In this document: positions 28,808 through 36,841 of the stretch, in pieces
Layout: every line of letters starts with the position of its first letter
Numbering within the stretch: position 1 is the first letter of the stretch
Origin: a virus
Taxonomy: Duplodnaviria > Heunggongvirae > Uroviricota > Caudoviricetes
Strand: one strand, 5' to 3'
Length of the DNA: 40,019 nucleotides
Virus record (IMG/VR): IMGVR_UViG_2531839180_000007
Notes under the pieces: model-generated
What the model saw: only the letters and a program-made list of their open reading frames with translations
Databases searched by the model: none
What the model was told of the DNA's origin: nothing
Position numbers and translations under genes: made by a program

Positions 28808-29295
28808 TAAGCCCCCACGTAATTCCCTGACAGATACCACTCTTCACCCGATGCAGCGCGCTTGCTGCTTTTCCGTAAGCACCGCTCACGACGCGCCAGA
28901 AAATTGTTTCGTTCTGGCTGGGAGTGGCTTTCACGGAATGCCTCCATCCACACCGTTGCAGCTCGACGGAATAAGCCCCTGGACTCCAGTTCTTCAGCCT
29001 GGCGGGTCAGGCACAAAATCACCCGGGGGTCGTTAGTGCCGACATAGAAATTGCGCACAGGTCTGGTTTCACAAACTGGTTCCGGCTCCTGCGATATCTC
29101 AGCCTGGCGCGGGAAATGTCTGCGTGTATCCTCTTCACAACGGTGAGCCACACGCCCACTCTGACGTAACTTGCTTGCTGACTGCAGAACTCGCTGCCGT
29201 GAGTAACCTGCAAAAGCATCCGCAATGTCTCCGGAAGTACACCCCGGATGGGCTTCAATGAATTTCTGAACGTCATTCAAAAGGCTCATGATCAC
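28807..29295 (-). CDS. Hypothetical protein of the replication/nin region
   Basis: 162-aa ORF directly downstream of the O-like initiator; function not recognised. Confidence 0.4.
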   Translation of the reverse strand: MIMSLLNDVQKFIEAHPGCTSGDIADAFAGYSRQRVLQSASKLRQSGRVAHRCEEDTRRHFPRQAEISQEPEPVCETRPVRNFYVGTNDPRVILCLTRQAEELESRGLFRRAATVWMEAFRESHSQPERNNFLARRERCLRKSSKRAASGEEWYLSGNYVGA

Positions 29296-30233
29296 CCCCT
29301 GAATCCTGCCGGGATCTGGCTGTAGTCCACATTGTCGTAACTGGCTTTGAAGTACGGGTCTTCGCGTTTTTCTGTGTACGTGCTGACGGACGGCGATAAG
29401 CGCAGGGAAAGTTCATCCCATTTTTCCCGCAGCTTCGACGGGCTGAGCACGTTACGGCACCAGAACGGGTCGCGGCTGACACGGTTGTACATCTCGCAGA
29501 TTTGTTTGTGGGTACGACCGTCCTGTACACACATCAGGCGAATTTCATTTGCCCAGGCTGTCCAGTTCGGTTCTTTCGGACGTACCGCCTCGCCGTCACA
29601 TTCGGCGGCCTGCTCGTACAGGGCGATGATTTTTTTCCAGAGCCACTGTGCGCAGGTCAAATCATCCTGCGTTCCCCACTGGCGCTTTTTAGGGCTGAAT
29701 ACAACCGCATCAGGATGGCGAGTTAAAAAATTCTGTTCAGCCGTCTGCGTGTCCGGTTGCGAAGCGTCCGGACGAGAAGGTTTTTTATCTGACGGATCAT
29801 GTTTTGATTTTACTGACGGATCCCCGCCAGATTCTGACGGGTGAAAACCCGCTTTTTTGCCAGATTTCGACGCATCAAATTTTGACGGGTCAGATTTTGA
29901 TGCGTCAGATTTTGACGGGTCAGAATCTGACAGTTGAGAAAATGCCGCTGCCTGAAGCTTCGCAACGTTAAGCTGATAAACATTCGACGCATTGCGGTTA
30001 CCCTGGCGACGCGCCTTACGCGTTAACCAGCCTTCTGCTTCCAGTCGTGCGATAGCCGTTCTGACGGTACTCATCCCCGCGCCAATCTGGCGGGCAATGG
30101 TTTCAATTGATGGCCAGCACACACCTTCGTCATTACTGAAATCAGCTAGGCGGGCCATAATTGCCACGCTGGATAACTTCATGCCTGACGCAGCGCAACC
30201 ATCCCATACATAGCCGGTTAATTTAGTGCTCAT
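29292..30233 (-). CDS. Replication initiator (lambda O-like organiser) with an internal iteron-encoded linker
   Basis: 313 aa; N-terminal HTH-like region; central SDPSKSDASKSDPSKFDASKSG repeats encoded by DNA iterons; position after the cro/cII-equivalent genes. Confidence 0.65.
   Translation of the reverse strand: MSTKLTGYVWDGCAASGMKLSSVAIMARLADFSNDEGVCWPSIETIARQIGAGMSTVRTAIARLEAEGWLTRKARRQGNRNASNVYQLNVAKLQAAAFSQLSDSDPSKSDASKSDPSKFDASKSGKKAGFHPSESGGDPSVKSKHDPSDKKPSRPDASQPDTQTAEQNFLTRHPDAVVFSPKKRQWGTQDDLTCAQWLWKKIIALYEQAAECDGEAVRPKEPNWTAWANEIRLMCVQDGRTHKQICEMYNRVSRDPFWCRNVLSPSKLREKWDELSLRLSPSVSTYTEKREDPYFKASYDNVDYSQIPAGFRG
29785..29935. repeat. Putative replication origin iterons (about 15-bp TTTTGACGGGTCAGA-type repeats, six to seven copies)
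   Basis: Tandem imperfect repeats at 29866..29924 (TTTCGACGCATCAAA, TTTTGACGGGTCAGA, TTTTGATGCGTCAGA, TTTTGACGGGTCAGA) with further degenerate copies upstream, inside the O-like gene as in ori-lambda. Confidence 0.6.
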
Positions 30234-30242
30234 GACCGACCT

Positions 30243-30581
30243 CTATTTCCCTGAATTTACGACGAAACTGTTCGAGCGGACTGAAGCATTCATGCTCATA
30301 GCCTTCGCGGAGGTAGATAACCCGTTGTGTTTCCGGTTCCCAACGAATGACTCTGACGGGCACTCCGTAGTGATCTTTGAACCAGCGGTTAACTTGTCGC
30401 AAAGGACTGTCTCCTTCTGCCGGTTGAAATCACCCACAGCCCACTCAGCAAAGCTGTGGGTTACAATTTCCCTGTCACCTGGTACATTCACTGCATAGCA
30501 ATATTCCACCTTCGCTTTTCCACCCGGTACAGGAAGCGCAATCAGTTGCGAGCGACGGTAGTGTGTTGTTAAACTGTTCAT
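30243..30581 (-). CDS. Hypothetical early protein (112-aa ORF; C-terminal half uncertain)
   Basis: ATG at 30581 with a ggaga RBS; the second half overlaps an alternative-frame ORF at 30223..30402. Confidence 0.4.
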   Translation of the reverse strand: MNSLTTHYRRSQLIALPVPGGKAKVEYCYAVNVPGDREIVTHSFAEWAVGDFNRQKETVLCDKLTAGSKITTECPSESFVGNRKHNGLSTSAKAMSMNASVRSNSFVVNSGK

Positions 30582-31129
30582 GCGTTAGTTTCTCCACAGA
30601 CACAAAACGCCACGGCGCCCGGAGCTGCACACTCGCGGGCGTCACTCTTTTCTGGAGCGCAAAAGATTTTGTAGACCAGTGCTGCATGCTCCTGCAGCTT
30701 CGAAATTGACATGTACAGCTCGTCGTTAATTGCTGCCTGCTCGTGTGGTTCCACCACCCCGTCTTCAATTGCTGAACGAATCTGTTTTGAATAACTGCCG
30801 ATCTGTTCAATAACCTCCAACAGGCGCTGGTTGATATCGGCGTTCTCTACTTCCTCAATTTCAGGAAGTGATACAAACACCCCACCAGCAGACTGTGCGA
30901 CAGCATCCGCAATGTGGTGATTGCCAGCAGCACGCTGTAAAACCATTGCCCATCCCAACGGGAAAATCTGATCGCCATCTGCACGAAGGCGGTTGAATAA
31001 AGCGTTCTCTGTTACATCCAGCCAGTCAGCAGCTTCAGCGTAACCCCCTGGCAATGCCGCGATAGTTTTTCTGACAGCTTTCACGTACCACTCAGGTTGT
31101 TTTTCCACTTTCCAATGATGCTTACCCAC
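30578..31129 (-). CDS. Putative CII-like / YdaT-like early regulator
   Basis: 183 aa immediately downstream of the cro-like gene, the position of cII or ydaT in lambdoid and Rac-type phages. Family assignment is tentative. Confidence 0.35.
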   Translation of the reverse strand: MGKHHWKVEKQPEWYVKAVRKTIAALPGGYAEAADWLDVTENALFNRLRADGDQIFPLGWAMVLQRAAGNHHIADAVAQSAGGVFVSLPEIEEVENADINQRLLEVIEQIGSYSKQIRSAIEDGVVEPHEQAAINDELYMSISKLQEHAALVYKIFCAPEKSDARECAAPGAVAFCVCGETNA

Positions 31130-31382
31130 GGCTTACCTCCTGTTCCTGTGGTTTAAACCCATTCTGGTTTTGGCTAGATTGAAAACGTGCCGGATAAAGA
31201 ATCTGCATTTCGCTGACTTCACCCTTAAAAAAATTGGCTAAACGTTCTGCAAGTTCGATAGATGGAATCTGCTCCAGCCTCTCAATACGACTCAACGTCG
31301 CTGGATTGACTTGAACACCCGCAGCAACATGCTGCAAAGTGAAACCATGCGCCTTACGCACATTTCGTAATGGTGATTGCAT
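31122..31382 (-). CDS. cro: Cro-like HTH (XRE-family) repressor
   Basis: 86 aa; HTH ..FTLQHVAAGVQVNPATLSRIE..; divergent from the CI-like gene. Confidence 0.7.
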   Translation of the reverse strand: MQSPLRNVRKAHGFTLQHVAAGVQVNPATLSRIERLEQIPSIELAERLANFFKGEVSEMQILYPARFQSSQNQNGFKPQEQEVSRG

Positions 31383-31396
31383 ATACCCTCCAAATA

Positions 31397-31460
31397 TTGC
31401 GCGTTATGCATGTTATTTCACGCAATTATTTTGCGCAAGTTGATTTGCTTATCACGCAAT
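31397..31460. promoter_or_regulatory. oR-like operator region with divergent promoters between cro and cI
   Basis: Three 15-bp TTGC-N7-GCAA-type sites: TTGCGCGTTATGCAT (31397..31411), TGTTATTTCACGCAA (31412..31426) and TTGCTTATCACGCAA (31446..31460). Confidence 0.45.
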
Positions 31461-31479
31461 AAAGAAATGTAATAAACGC

Positions 31480-32172
31480 ATGAACATAGGAAACCGAGTC
31501 AGACAACTTCGCCAAGCGAAGAACATGAAAATCGCCGATCTCGCTGAAGCAATAGGAGTAGATGCGGCGAACATCTCGCGCTTAGAAACGGGTAAGCAAA
31601 AACAATTTACCGAACAAACACTGAGTAATATTGCCAAGAGCTTAGGTGTTGATATTGCTGATCTCTTTACCTCTGCCCTCAAAAGTAATACTGTATATAA
31701 AAACAGTAATAATGAGGATGTTGCGCAGGTGAAGGATGTGTTCCGTATTGAAATGCTGGATATCAGTGCCAGTGCGGGAAATGGCCTTATCCAGGGCGGT
31801 GATGTCATTGATGTGATTCATGCCATCGAATACAGAACTGATAATGCTGTATCAATGTTCGGCGGACGACCAGCCAATCACATCAAAGTTATCAACGTTC
31901 GTGGGGACAGTATGTGTCCAACCATTGAGCCAGGAGATCTCATCTTCGTTGATGTCAGCATCAATCAGTTTGATGGTGATGGTATATATGTCTTTGGTTT
32001 TGATGACAAAATATACGTTAAAAGACTTCAAATGATTCCTGACAAACTGCTGGTGATTTCTGATAACCAGATTTACCGTGAATGGGGAATTACTAGCGAA
32101 AACGAACACCGATTTATGGTCTTTGGAAAGGTCTTAATCAGTCAGTCGCAAACCCTTAAGAGACATAATTAA
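31480..32172 (+). CDS. cI: CI-type prophage repressor (HTH plus S24 LexA-like autopeptidase)
   Basis: 230 aa; N-terminal HTH (..MKIADLAEAIGVDAANISRLETGKQ..); C-terminal S24 domain with an Ala-Gly cleavage site and GDSMCPT Ser and KRL Lys motifs. Confidence 0.85.
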   Translation: MNIGNRVRQLRQAKNMKIADLAEAIGVDAANISRLETGKQKQFTEQTLSNIAKSLGVDIADLFTSALKSNTVYKNSNNEDVAQVKDVFRIEMLDISASAGNGLIQGGDVIDVIHAIEYRTDNAVSMFGGRPANHIKVINVRGDSMCPTIEPGDLIFVDVSINQFDGDGIYVFGFDDKIYVKRLQMIPDKLLVISDNQIYREWGITSENEHRFMVFGKVLISQSQTLKRHN

Positions 32173-32191
32173 CCTCAATATCCCATCCATC

Positions 32192-32215
32192 GGCCACCGA
32201 AAGGTGGCTTTTTAT
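32192..32215 (+). terminator. Intrinsic terminator downstream of cI
   Basis: ggccacc-gaaa-ggtggc hairpin followed by ttttt. Confidence 0.6.
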
Positions 32216-32226
32216 TACCCACCATT

Positions 32227-32277
32227 TTGCATATTTCGCAAATATTACTTGCATATCTCGCAATTTAATTTTATCTT
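32227..32277 (+). promoter_or_regulatory. oL/pL-like operator-promoter region
   Basis: Two operator-type sites, TTGCATATTTCGCAA (32227..32241) and TTGCATATCTCGCAA (32249..32263), of the same family as the oR sites; a candidate -35 TTGCAT and -10 TATCTT overlap the second site. Confidence 0.45.
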
Positions 32278-32443
32278 TTGTTCCAGACCAACTACAGGAT
32301 TACAACAAAATCTGGTTGCAACACGGTGCACGGTGCATGTGTCGTAAGAGGTCAGTAAATGTCAAAAACGAACAGGCAGGACGCCCACGAAGTAGCCGCC
32401 GGTGGCGTATGAATGACCGGATGATTCGTTAGCAACAAAAAAA

Positions 32444-32474
32444 GCGCCCTATAGGACGCTTCGCTCTTTAACAA
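32444..32474 (+). promoter_or_regulatory. nut-like site: small hairpin followed by boxA-like CGCTCTTTAACAA
   Basis: cgctctttaacaa at 32462..32474 matches the boxA consensus as I recall it (lambda nut and rrn antiterminators); an imperfect hairpin gcgccctataggacgc lies just upstream. Confidence 0.45.
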
Positions 32475-32519
32475 TCTGGTCCCCATCAACAAGTAACTGA
32501 TAACTTGAGGAGGTGTGAA

Positions 32520-32726
32520 ATGCACAAAACAGAACCAAAAATCGTCGCGCCTGGCTACACAGATGAGGAAATTTATGAGTGGATGACAAAGAAGCTGGCA
32601 GCTATAAACCAGCTTCGTGAAGTGCTGTCTTATCGACAGGAAACAATAGACTCCTTAAAAAAACTGGATCAGGAAATCACGGTTTTATCACAGGATGTTA
32701 CTTTAGATATTGTGCAGACAAATTAG
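32520..32726 (+). CDS. Hypothetical acidic small protein (68 aa), first gene after the pL/nut-like region
   Basis: ATG at 32520 preceded by a gaggagg RBS at 6-nt spacing; sequence MHKTEPKIVAPGYTDEEIYEWMTKKLAAINQLREVL.. Confidence 0.55.
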   Translation: MHKTEPKIVAPGYTDEEIYEWMTKKLAAINQLREVLSYRQETIDSLKKLDQEITVLSQDVTLDIVQTN

Positions 32727-33132
32727 GATCCCATTCATTTTCGTCAAAATCATCAAAGTGATGAATTTGTGATCTCCAGTCTCGATAATCTAAAAATTTC
32801 TGGGCGGTTACACTTATTTTATCAAGCGTGAGTTCATCCTGAATTGAAAGAAGAAGTTCATCAAATTCCATCTCATTAATCTGTTTTGGCATCCAGTGAT
32901 GCTTCATCAGAATAAGGTGAACCAGAGCCTTTTTCCCATTCAACTGATTATAGGGTGTGCCGAATTTCTTCCGGTGCTCATTTAAGACAAGGTCCAGAAG
33001 AGTAAGTAATGTTGCCCTTGATTCAACTTTGCTTATTTCGACTGATGACACTACCCCACTGATTTCAATGCCCCGATACTTTCCAACATTTTCACAGTGG
33101 GATTTGTACAGCGTATAGATATTACCGGACAT
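32698..33132 (-). CDS. Hypothetical protein (144 aa), convergent with the early-left operon, AT-rich
   Basis: ATG at 33132 with an aagga RBS; 3' end overlaps the 68-aa gene by about 29 nt; two 18-19-bp direct repeats lie in its upstream region. Confidence 0.55.
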   Translation of the reverse strand: MSGNIYTLYKSHCENVGKYRGIEISGVVSSVEISKVESRATLLTLLDLVLNEHRKKFGTPYNQLNGKKALVHLILMKHHWMPKQINEMEFDELLLSIQDELTLDKISVTAQKFLDYRDWRSQIHHFDDFDENEWDPNLSAQYLK

Positions 33133-33416
33133 TTCTTTTCCTTTTGCGTTGTTGGGGATAACCAGATTAACCGAATCCTTGTTGTTGGGGAATAACCAGG
33201 TCCACCTCGCCTGATGTGGCTAAAAGCAGGCACATAACAGCTAAGTATTTTCAACCAGAGAGAATCCTTAGCGTTGTGGTGAATGCGGCTCAGCGCACGC
33301 GGGTTAAGGTTGAGGCTGACAGTCGACCTTCTGTGGATACCCACCCGCCTGGTGTGCAACCTTCGCCAGGCACCGGGAGGCACCCGGCACCACAACTTTA
33401 TGCTGTGTGTAGTCCT

Positions 33417-33464
33417 GGCGGTACCAGTTTGTACCCTTGCTTCCGGCTGGTACCGTCCTTTTTA
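33417..33464 (+). terminator. Terminator-like hairpin with T-run inside the GC-rich non-coding element
   Basis: ggtaccag (33420..33427) pairs with ctggtacc (33447..33454) around a 19-nt loop, followed by cttttta. Confidence 0.4.
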
Positions 33465-33552
33465 CAAAACAGAGAAGAGCATCACCGGACGACGGGCTCA
33501 TAACCCAATCCATCCGGGCGGCAGTCACCGCAGGTGTTCTTCTCTGTTTTGT
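33464..33552 (+). ncRNA. Long stem-loop (15-bp perfect stem, 59-nt loop), candidate structured RNA or cis element
   Basis: acaaaacagagaaga (33464..33478) is the exact reverse complement of tcttctctgttttgt (33538..33552). No plausible ORF covers it. Confidence 0.3.
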
Positions 33553-33600
33553 GGAGAAACTAACCGACCTTGCAGGGTCGATATGATGAGGAGCAGCAAA

Positions 33601-33963
33601 ATGGCTAGCGAACGCAGTACTGATGTGCAGGCATTTATCGGGGAGCTGGACGGCGGCGTATTTGAAACCAAAATCGGCGCAGTTCTCAGTGAAGTCGCTT
33701 CCGGTGTGATGAACACGAAAACCAAAGGTAAGGTCTCACTCAACCTGGAAATCGAACCATTTGATGAAAACCGTGTGAAAATCAAACACAAACTCTCATA
33801 TGTTCGCCCGACTAACCGCGGGAAAATTTCCGAAGAAGACACCACCGAAACGCCGATGTATGTCAATCGCGGTGGTCGCCTGACTATTCTGCAGGAAGAC
33901 CAGGGACAATTACTGACTCTTGCCGGTGAACCTGACGGAAAACTCCGCGCAGCAGGTCATTAA
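33601..33963 (+). CDS. Hypothetical early protein (about 120 aa)
   Basis: ATG at 33601 preceded by a gagga RBS; the upstream part of the longer track ORF is Pro/Arg-rich and non-coding-like. Confidence 0.5.
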   Translation: MASERSTDVQAFIGELDGGVFETKIGAVLSEVASGVMNTKTKGKVSLNLEIEPFDENRVKIKHKLSYVRPTNRGKISEEDTTETPMYVNRGGRLTILQEDQGQLLTLAGEPDGKLRAAGH

Positions 33964-34028
33964 TATCGTTCTTAATTAACCGATTATTTATCTCATCACT
34001 GAATATCTTAATATAGTGAGGACTTATT

Positions 34029-34853
34029 ATGTCTCAAAACTTAGACGCAACCGCATTTAATCAAATCCATGCCCTTATTTCTGCTCAGGGTGTTAATGAA
34101 ATTATCAGTAAGATTGGTGCCGATGCTGTGGCATTGCCTGAGAATTTCCGCATTCATGATCTGGAAAAATTTAATTTAAATCGCTTCCGTTTCCGTGGTG
34201 CGCTTTCCACTGCCAGCATCGATGACTTTACCCGTTATTCTAAAGATCTTGCAGATGAAGGCACCCGCTGCTTTATCGATGCTGATAATATGCGTGCCGT
34301 CAGTGTGCTTAACCTGGGTACTATTGATGAACCAGGTCACGCAGATAACACCGCCACTCTCAAACTGAAAAAGACAGCACCGTTCTCTGCTCTGTTGTCT
34401 GTTAATGGCGAGCGTAACTCCCAGAAATCACTGGCAGAATGGATTGAAGACTGGGCCGACTACCTTGTGGGCTTTGATGCTAATGGTGACGCCATTCAGG
34501 CAACCAAAGCGGCGGCGGCTATCCGTAAAATCACAATTGAAGCGAACCAGACCGCTGATTTTGAAGATAATGACTTCAGCGGCAAACGCTCCCTGATGGA
34601 GTCTGTCGAAGCGAAGACCAAAGACATTATGCCAGTGGCATTTGAATTTAAATGCGTTCCGTTTGAAGGCCTGAAAGAACGTCCATTTAAATTACGCCTC
34701 AGCATTATCACTGGCGATCGTCCTGTACTGGTTCTGCGCATTATTCAGCTGGAAGCGGTGCAGGAAGAAATGGCTAACGAATTTCGTGATCTGCTTGTTG
34801 AGAAATTCAAAGACAGCAAAGTAGAAACCTTTATTGGTACTTTCACCGCCTGA
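34029..34853 (+). CDS. DUF2303-like protein (YfdQ-like)
   Basis: 274 aa with a gagga RBS; resembles the CPS-53 prophage YfdQ family by recall. Confidence 0.5.
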   Translation: MSQNLDATAFNQIHALISAQGVNEIISKIGADAVALPENFRIHDLEKFNLNRFRFRGALSTASIDDFTRYSKDLADEGTRCFIDADNMRAVSVLNLGTIDEPGHADNTATLKLKKTAPFSALLSVNGERNSQKSLAEWIEDWADYLVGFDANGDAIQATKAAAAIRKITIEANQTADFEDNDFSGKRSLMESVEAKTKDIMPVAFEFKCVPFEGLKERPFKLRLSIITGDRPVLVLRIIQLEAVQEEMANEFRDLLVEKFKDSKVETFIGTFTA

Positions 34854-34980
34854 TTTCATTACTGCAAATGCCCCTGCGGGGGAATTTATGGAAACATAAT
34901 TAACTCAATAATCGCCGGATGGTGAGGACTTCCTTTTACCAGAATTCAGCGCGGTGCAGCGCATATACGTGGAGAACAAA

Positions 34981-35517
34981 ATGTCATTTATTAAAACTTT
35001 TTCCGGGAAGCATTTTTATTATGACAAGATAAATCAAGACGACATCGTTATTAACGATATCGCGGTTTCCCTTTCAAATATCTGTCGCTTTGCAGGACAT
35101 CTTTCACATTTCTACAGCGTCGCCCAACATGCGGTGCTTTGCAGCCAACTGGTGCCGCAGGAATTTGCTTTTGAAGCGTTAATGCATGATGCAACAGAAG
35201 CGTATTGCCAGGACATCCCGGCGCCACTGAAACGCCTTCTTCCTGACTATAAACGGATGGAAGAAAAAATAGACGCCGTAATCCGTGAGAAATACGGGTT
35301 ACCCCCAGTTATGAGTACACCCGTGAAATATGCCGATCTCATCATGCTGGCAACTGAACGCCGCGATCTCGGGCTTGATGATGGCTCTTTCTGGCCAGTA
35401 CTGGAAGGTATCCCGGCAACAGAGATGTTCAAAGTTATTCCACTGGCACCGGGCCATGCCTACGGGATGTTTATGGAACGCTTCAACGAGTTATCGGAAT
35501 TACGCAAATGTGCATAA
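34981..35517 (+). CDS. HD-domain phosphohydrolase (YfdR-like 5'-deoxynucleotidase family)
   Basis: His in ..VAQHAVL.. and His-Asp in ..EALMHDATEAY..; ggaga RBS 5 nt before the ATG at 34981. Confidence 0.6.
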   Translation: MSFIKTFSGKHFYYDKINQDDIVINDIAVSLSNICRFAGHLSHFYSVAQHAVLCSQLVPQEFAFEALMHDATEAYCQDIPAPLKRLLPDYKRMEEKIDAVIREKYGLPPVMSTPVKYADLIMLATERRDLGLDDGSFWPVLEGIPATEMFKVIPLAPGHAYGMFMERFNELSELRKCA

Positions 35518-36386
35518 CTCATGTAGTTAGTTTTTCTGGCGGGAGAACATCCGCATATCTTGTTCACCTGATGGAAGAACAAAGAAAGGCTGGCAATAAC
35601 GTCTGCTACATCTTTATGGATACCGGTTGCGAACATCCGCTGACATACCGCTTTATCCGGGAGGTTGTGAAGTTCTGGGACATACCACTAACTGTGTTAC
35701 AGGTCGATATAAATCCTGAGCTTGGGCAGCCAAATGGTTATACAGAATGGGAGCCAACGGATATTCAGACACGAATGCCGGTGCTTAAACCGTTTATGGA
35801 CATGGTTAAAAAGTACGGCACGCCATACATCGGCGGCGCGTTCTGTACTGACAGGCTAAAACTCATCCCTTTCACGAAATACTGCGATAACCATTTCGGG
35901 CGAGGTAATTACATCACATGGCTGGGTATTCGTGCAGACGAACCCCGTAGGCTGAAACCGAAATCGGGCGTCCGGTATCTTGCCGAGCTGTCAGATTTTG
36001 ATAAGTCGGATGTTATCCGGTGGTGGCGAAAACAACCTTTTGATTTGCAAATCCCGGAGCATCTCGGGAACTGTGTTTTCTGCATCAAAAAGTCAACGCA
36101 AAAACTGGGGCTTGCATGTAAAGACGAACCAGGTCTGATGCGAGTTTTTAATGAGCTGGTTACAGGCAAACACGTCAGGGATGGTCATCGCAGAACAGGT
36201 AAAGACATTATGTACCGTGGTCACCTGACGCTTGACGGAATTGCCAGAATGTCTGCCAACAGCGACTACAGAAATTTGTATCAGGCGATGGTACAGGCCA
36301 GGCGATTCGATACCGGCTCGTGTTCAGAGTCATGTGAAATCTGGGGTGATCAATTGGAATTGGAATTCGAAGAGGTAGGGGTATGA
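35508..36386 (+). CDS. PAPS reductase-like / PP-loop ATP pyrophosphatase family protein
   Basis: N-terminal PP-loop-like motif ..VVSFSGGRTSAYL..; 292 aa; overlaps the HD gene stop. Confidence 0.6.
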   Translation: MCITHVVSFSGGRTSAYLVHLMEEQRKAGNNVCYIFMDTGCEHPLTYRFIREVVKFWDIPLTVLQVDINPELGQPNGYTEWEPTDIQTRMPVLKPFMDMVKKYGTPYIGGAFCTDRLKLIPFTKYCDNHFGRGNYITWLGIRADEPRRLKPKSGVRYLAELSDFDKSDVIRWWRKQPFDLQIPEHLGNCVFCIKKSTQKLGLACKDEPGLMRVFNELVTGKHVRDGHRRTGKDIMYRGHLTLDGIARMSANSDYRNLYQAMVQARRFDTGSCSESCEIWGDQLELEFEEVGV

Positions 36387-36727
36387 CAACCGAAATTAAC
36401 TACCATGCACTGCTTGAGCGCGCACGGAATAAAGTGCAGAGCATTGAGTTCGCCTTAACACAGAGTGCATTCGCTGAGATTCGCGCTGAGCTTGAAAATG
36501 ATTTAGAACTGGCACGGATTGCACTGGCATCTCTGGAAGTTGAGCCAGATGAACGCGCAGCCTATGAATTATTTATGGAAAAGCGTTTCGGTAAAACAGT
36601 CGATCGTCGGAGAGCAAAAAACGGCGATAACGAATACATGGCATGGGATATGACTCTCGGTTGGATCATCTGGCAGCAACGAGCTGGTATCCATTTTTCA
36701 ACAATGTCACAACAAGAGGTGAAATAA
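36383..36727 (+). CDS. Hypothetical early protein (114 aa)
   Basis: ATG overlaps the stop of the upstream gene (translational coupling); upstream of xis. Confidence 0.45.
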   Translation: MTTEINYHALLERARNKVQSIEFALTQSAFAEIRAELENDLELARIALASLEVEPDERAAYELFMEKRFGKTVDRRRAKNGDNEYMAWDMTLGWIIWQQRAGIHFSTMSQQEVK

Positions 36728-36841
36728 TAGAGCCATACAGCCTCACACTCGATGAGGCCTGTTCATTGCTCAATGATATCCAGACCTACCATCGCCGCAT
36801 CAATGCGGCTTTTTCTTGCGTGTAATTGCGGAGACTTTGCG

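Noticed and set aside
32520-32726. The 68-aa first early-left gene as an N-type antiterminator
   Set aside because: The protein is acidic and lacks an N-terminal Arg-rich motif; kept as hypothetical.
33133-33200. Type III toxin-antitoxin (ToxIN-like) with tandem RNA repeats upstream of the 144-aa gene
   Set aside because: Only two imperfect repeat copies are present, not the multi-copy tandem array expected of ToxI-like antitoxin RNAs. Kept as a possible regulatory direct repeat.
33051-33528. ORFs 33051..33395 (-), 33216..33503 (+) and 33304..33528 (-) in the GC-rich element
   Set aside because: Pro/Arg/Gly-rich and mutually overlapping with no RBS; the region is better explained as structured non-coding sequence.
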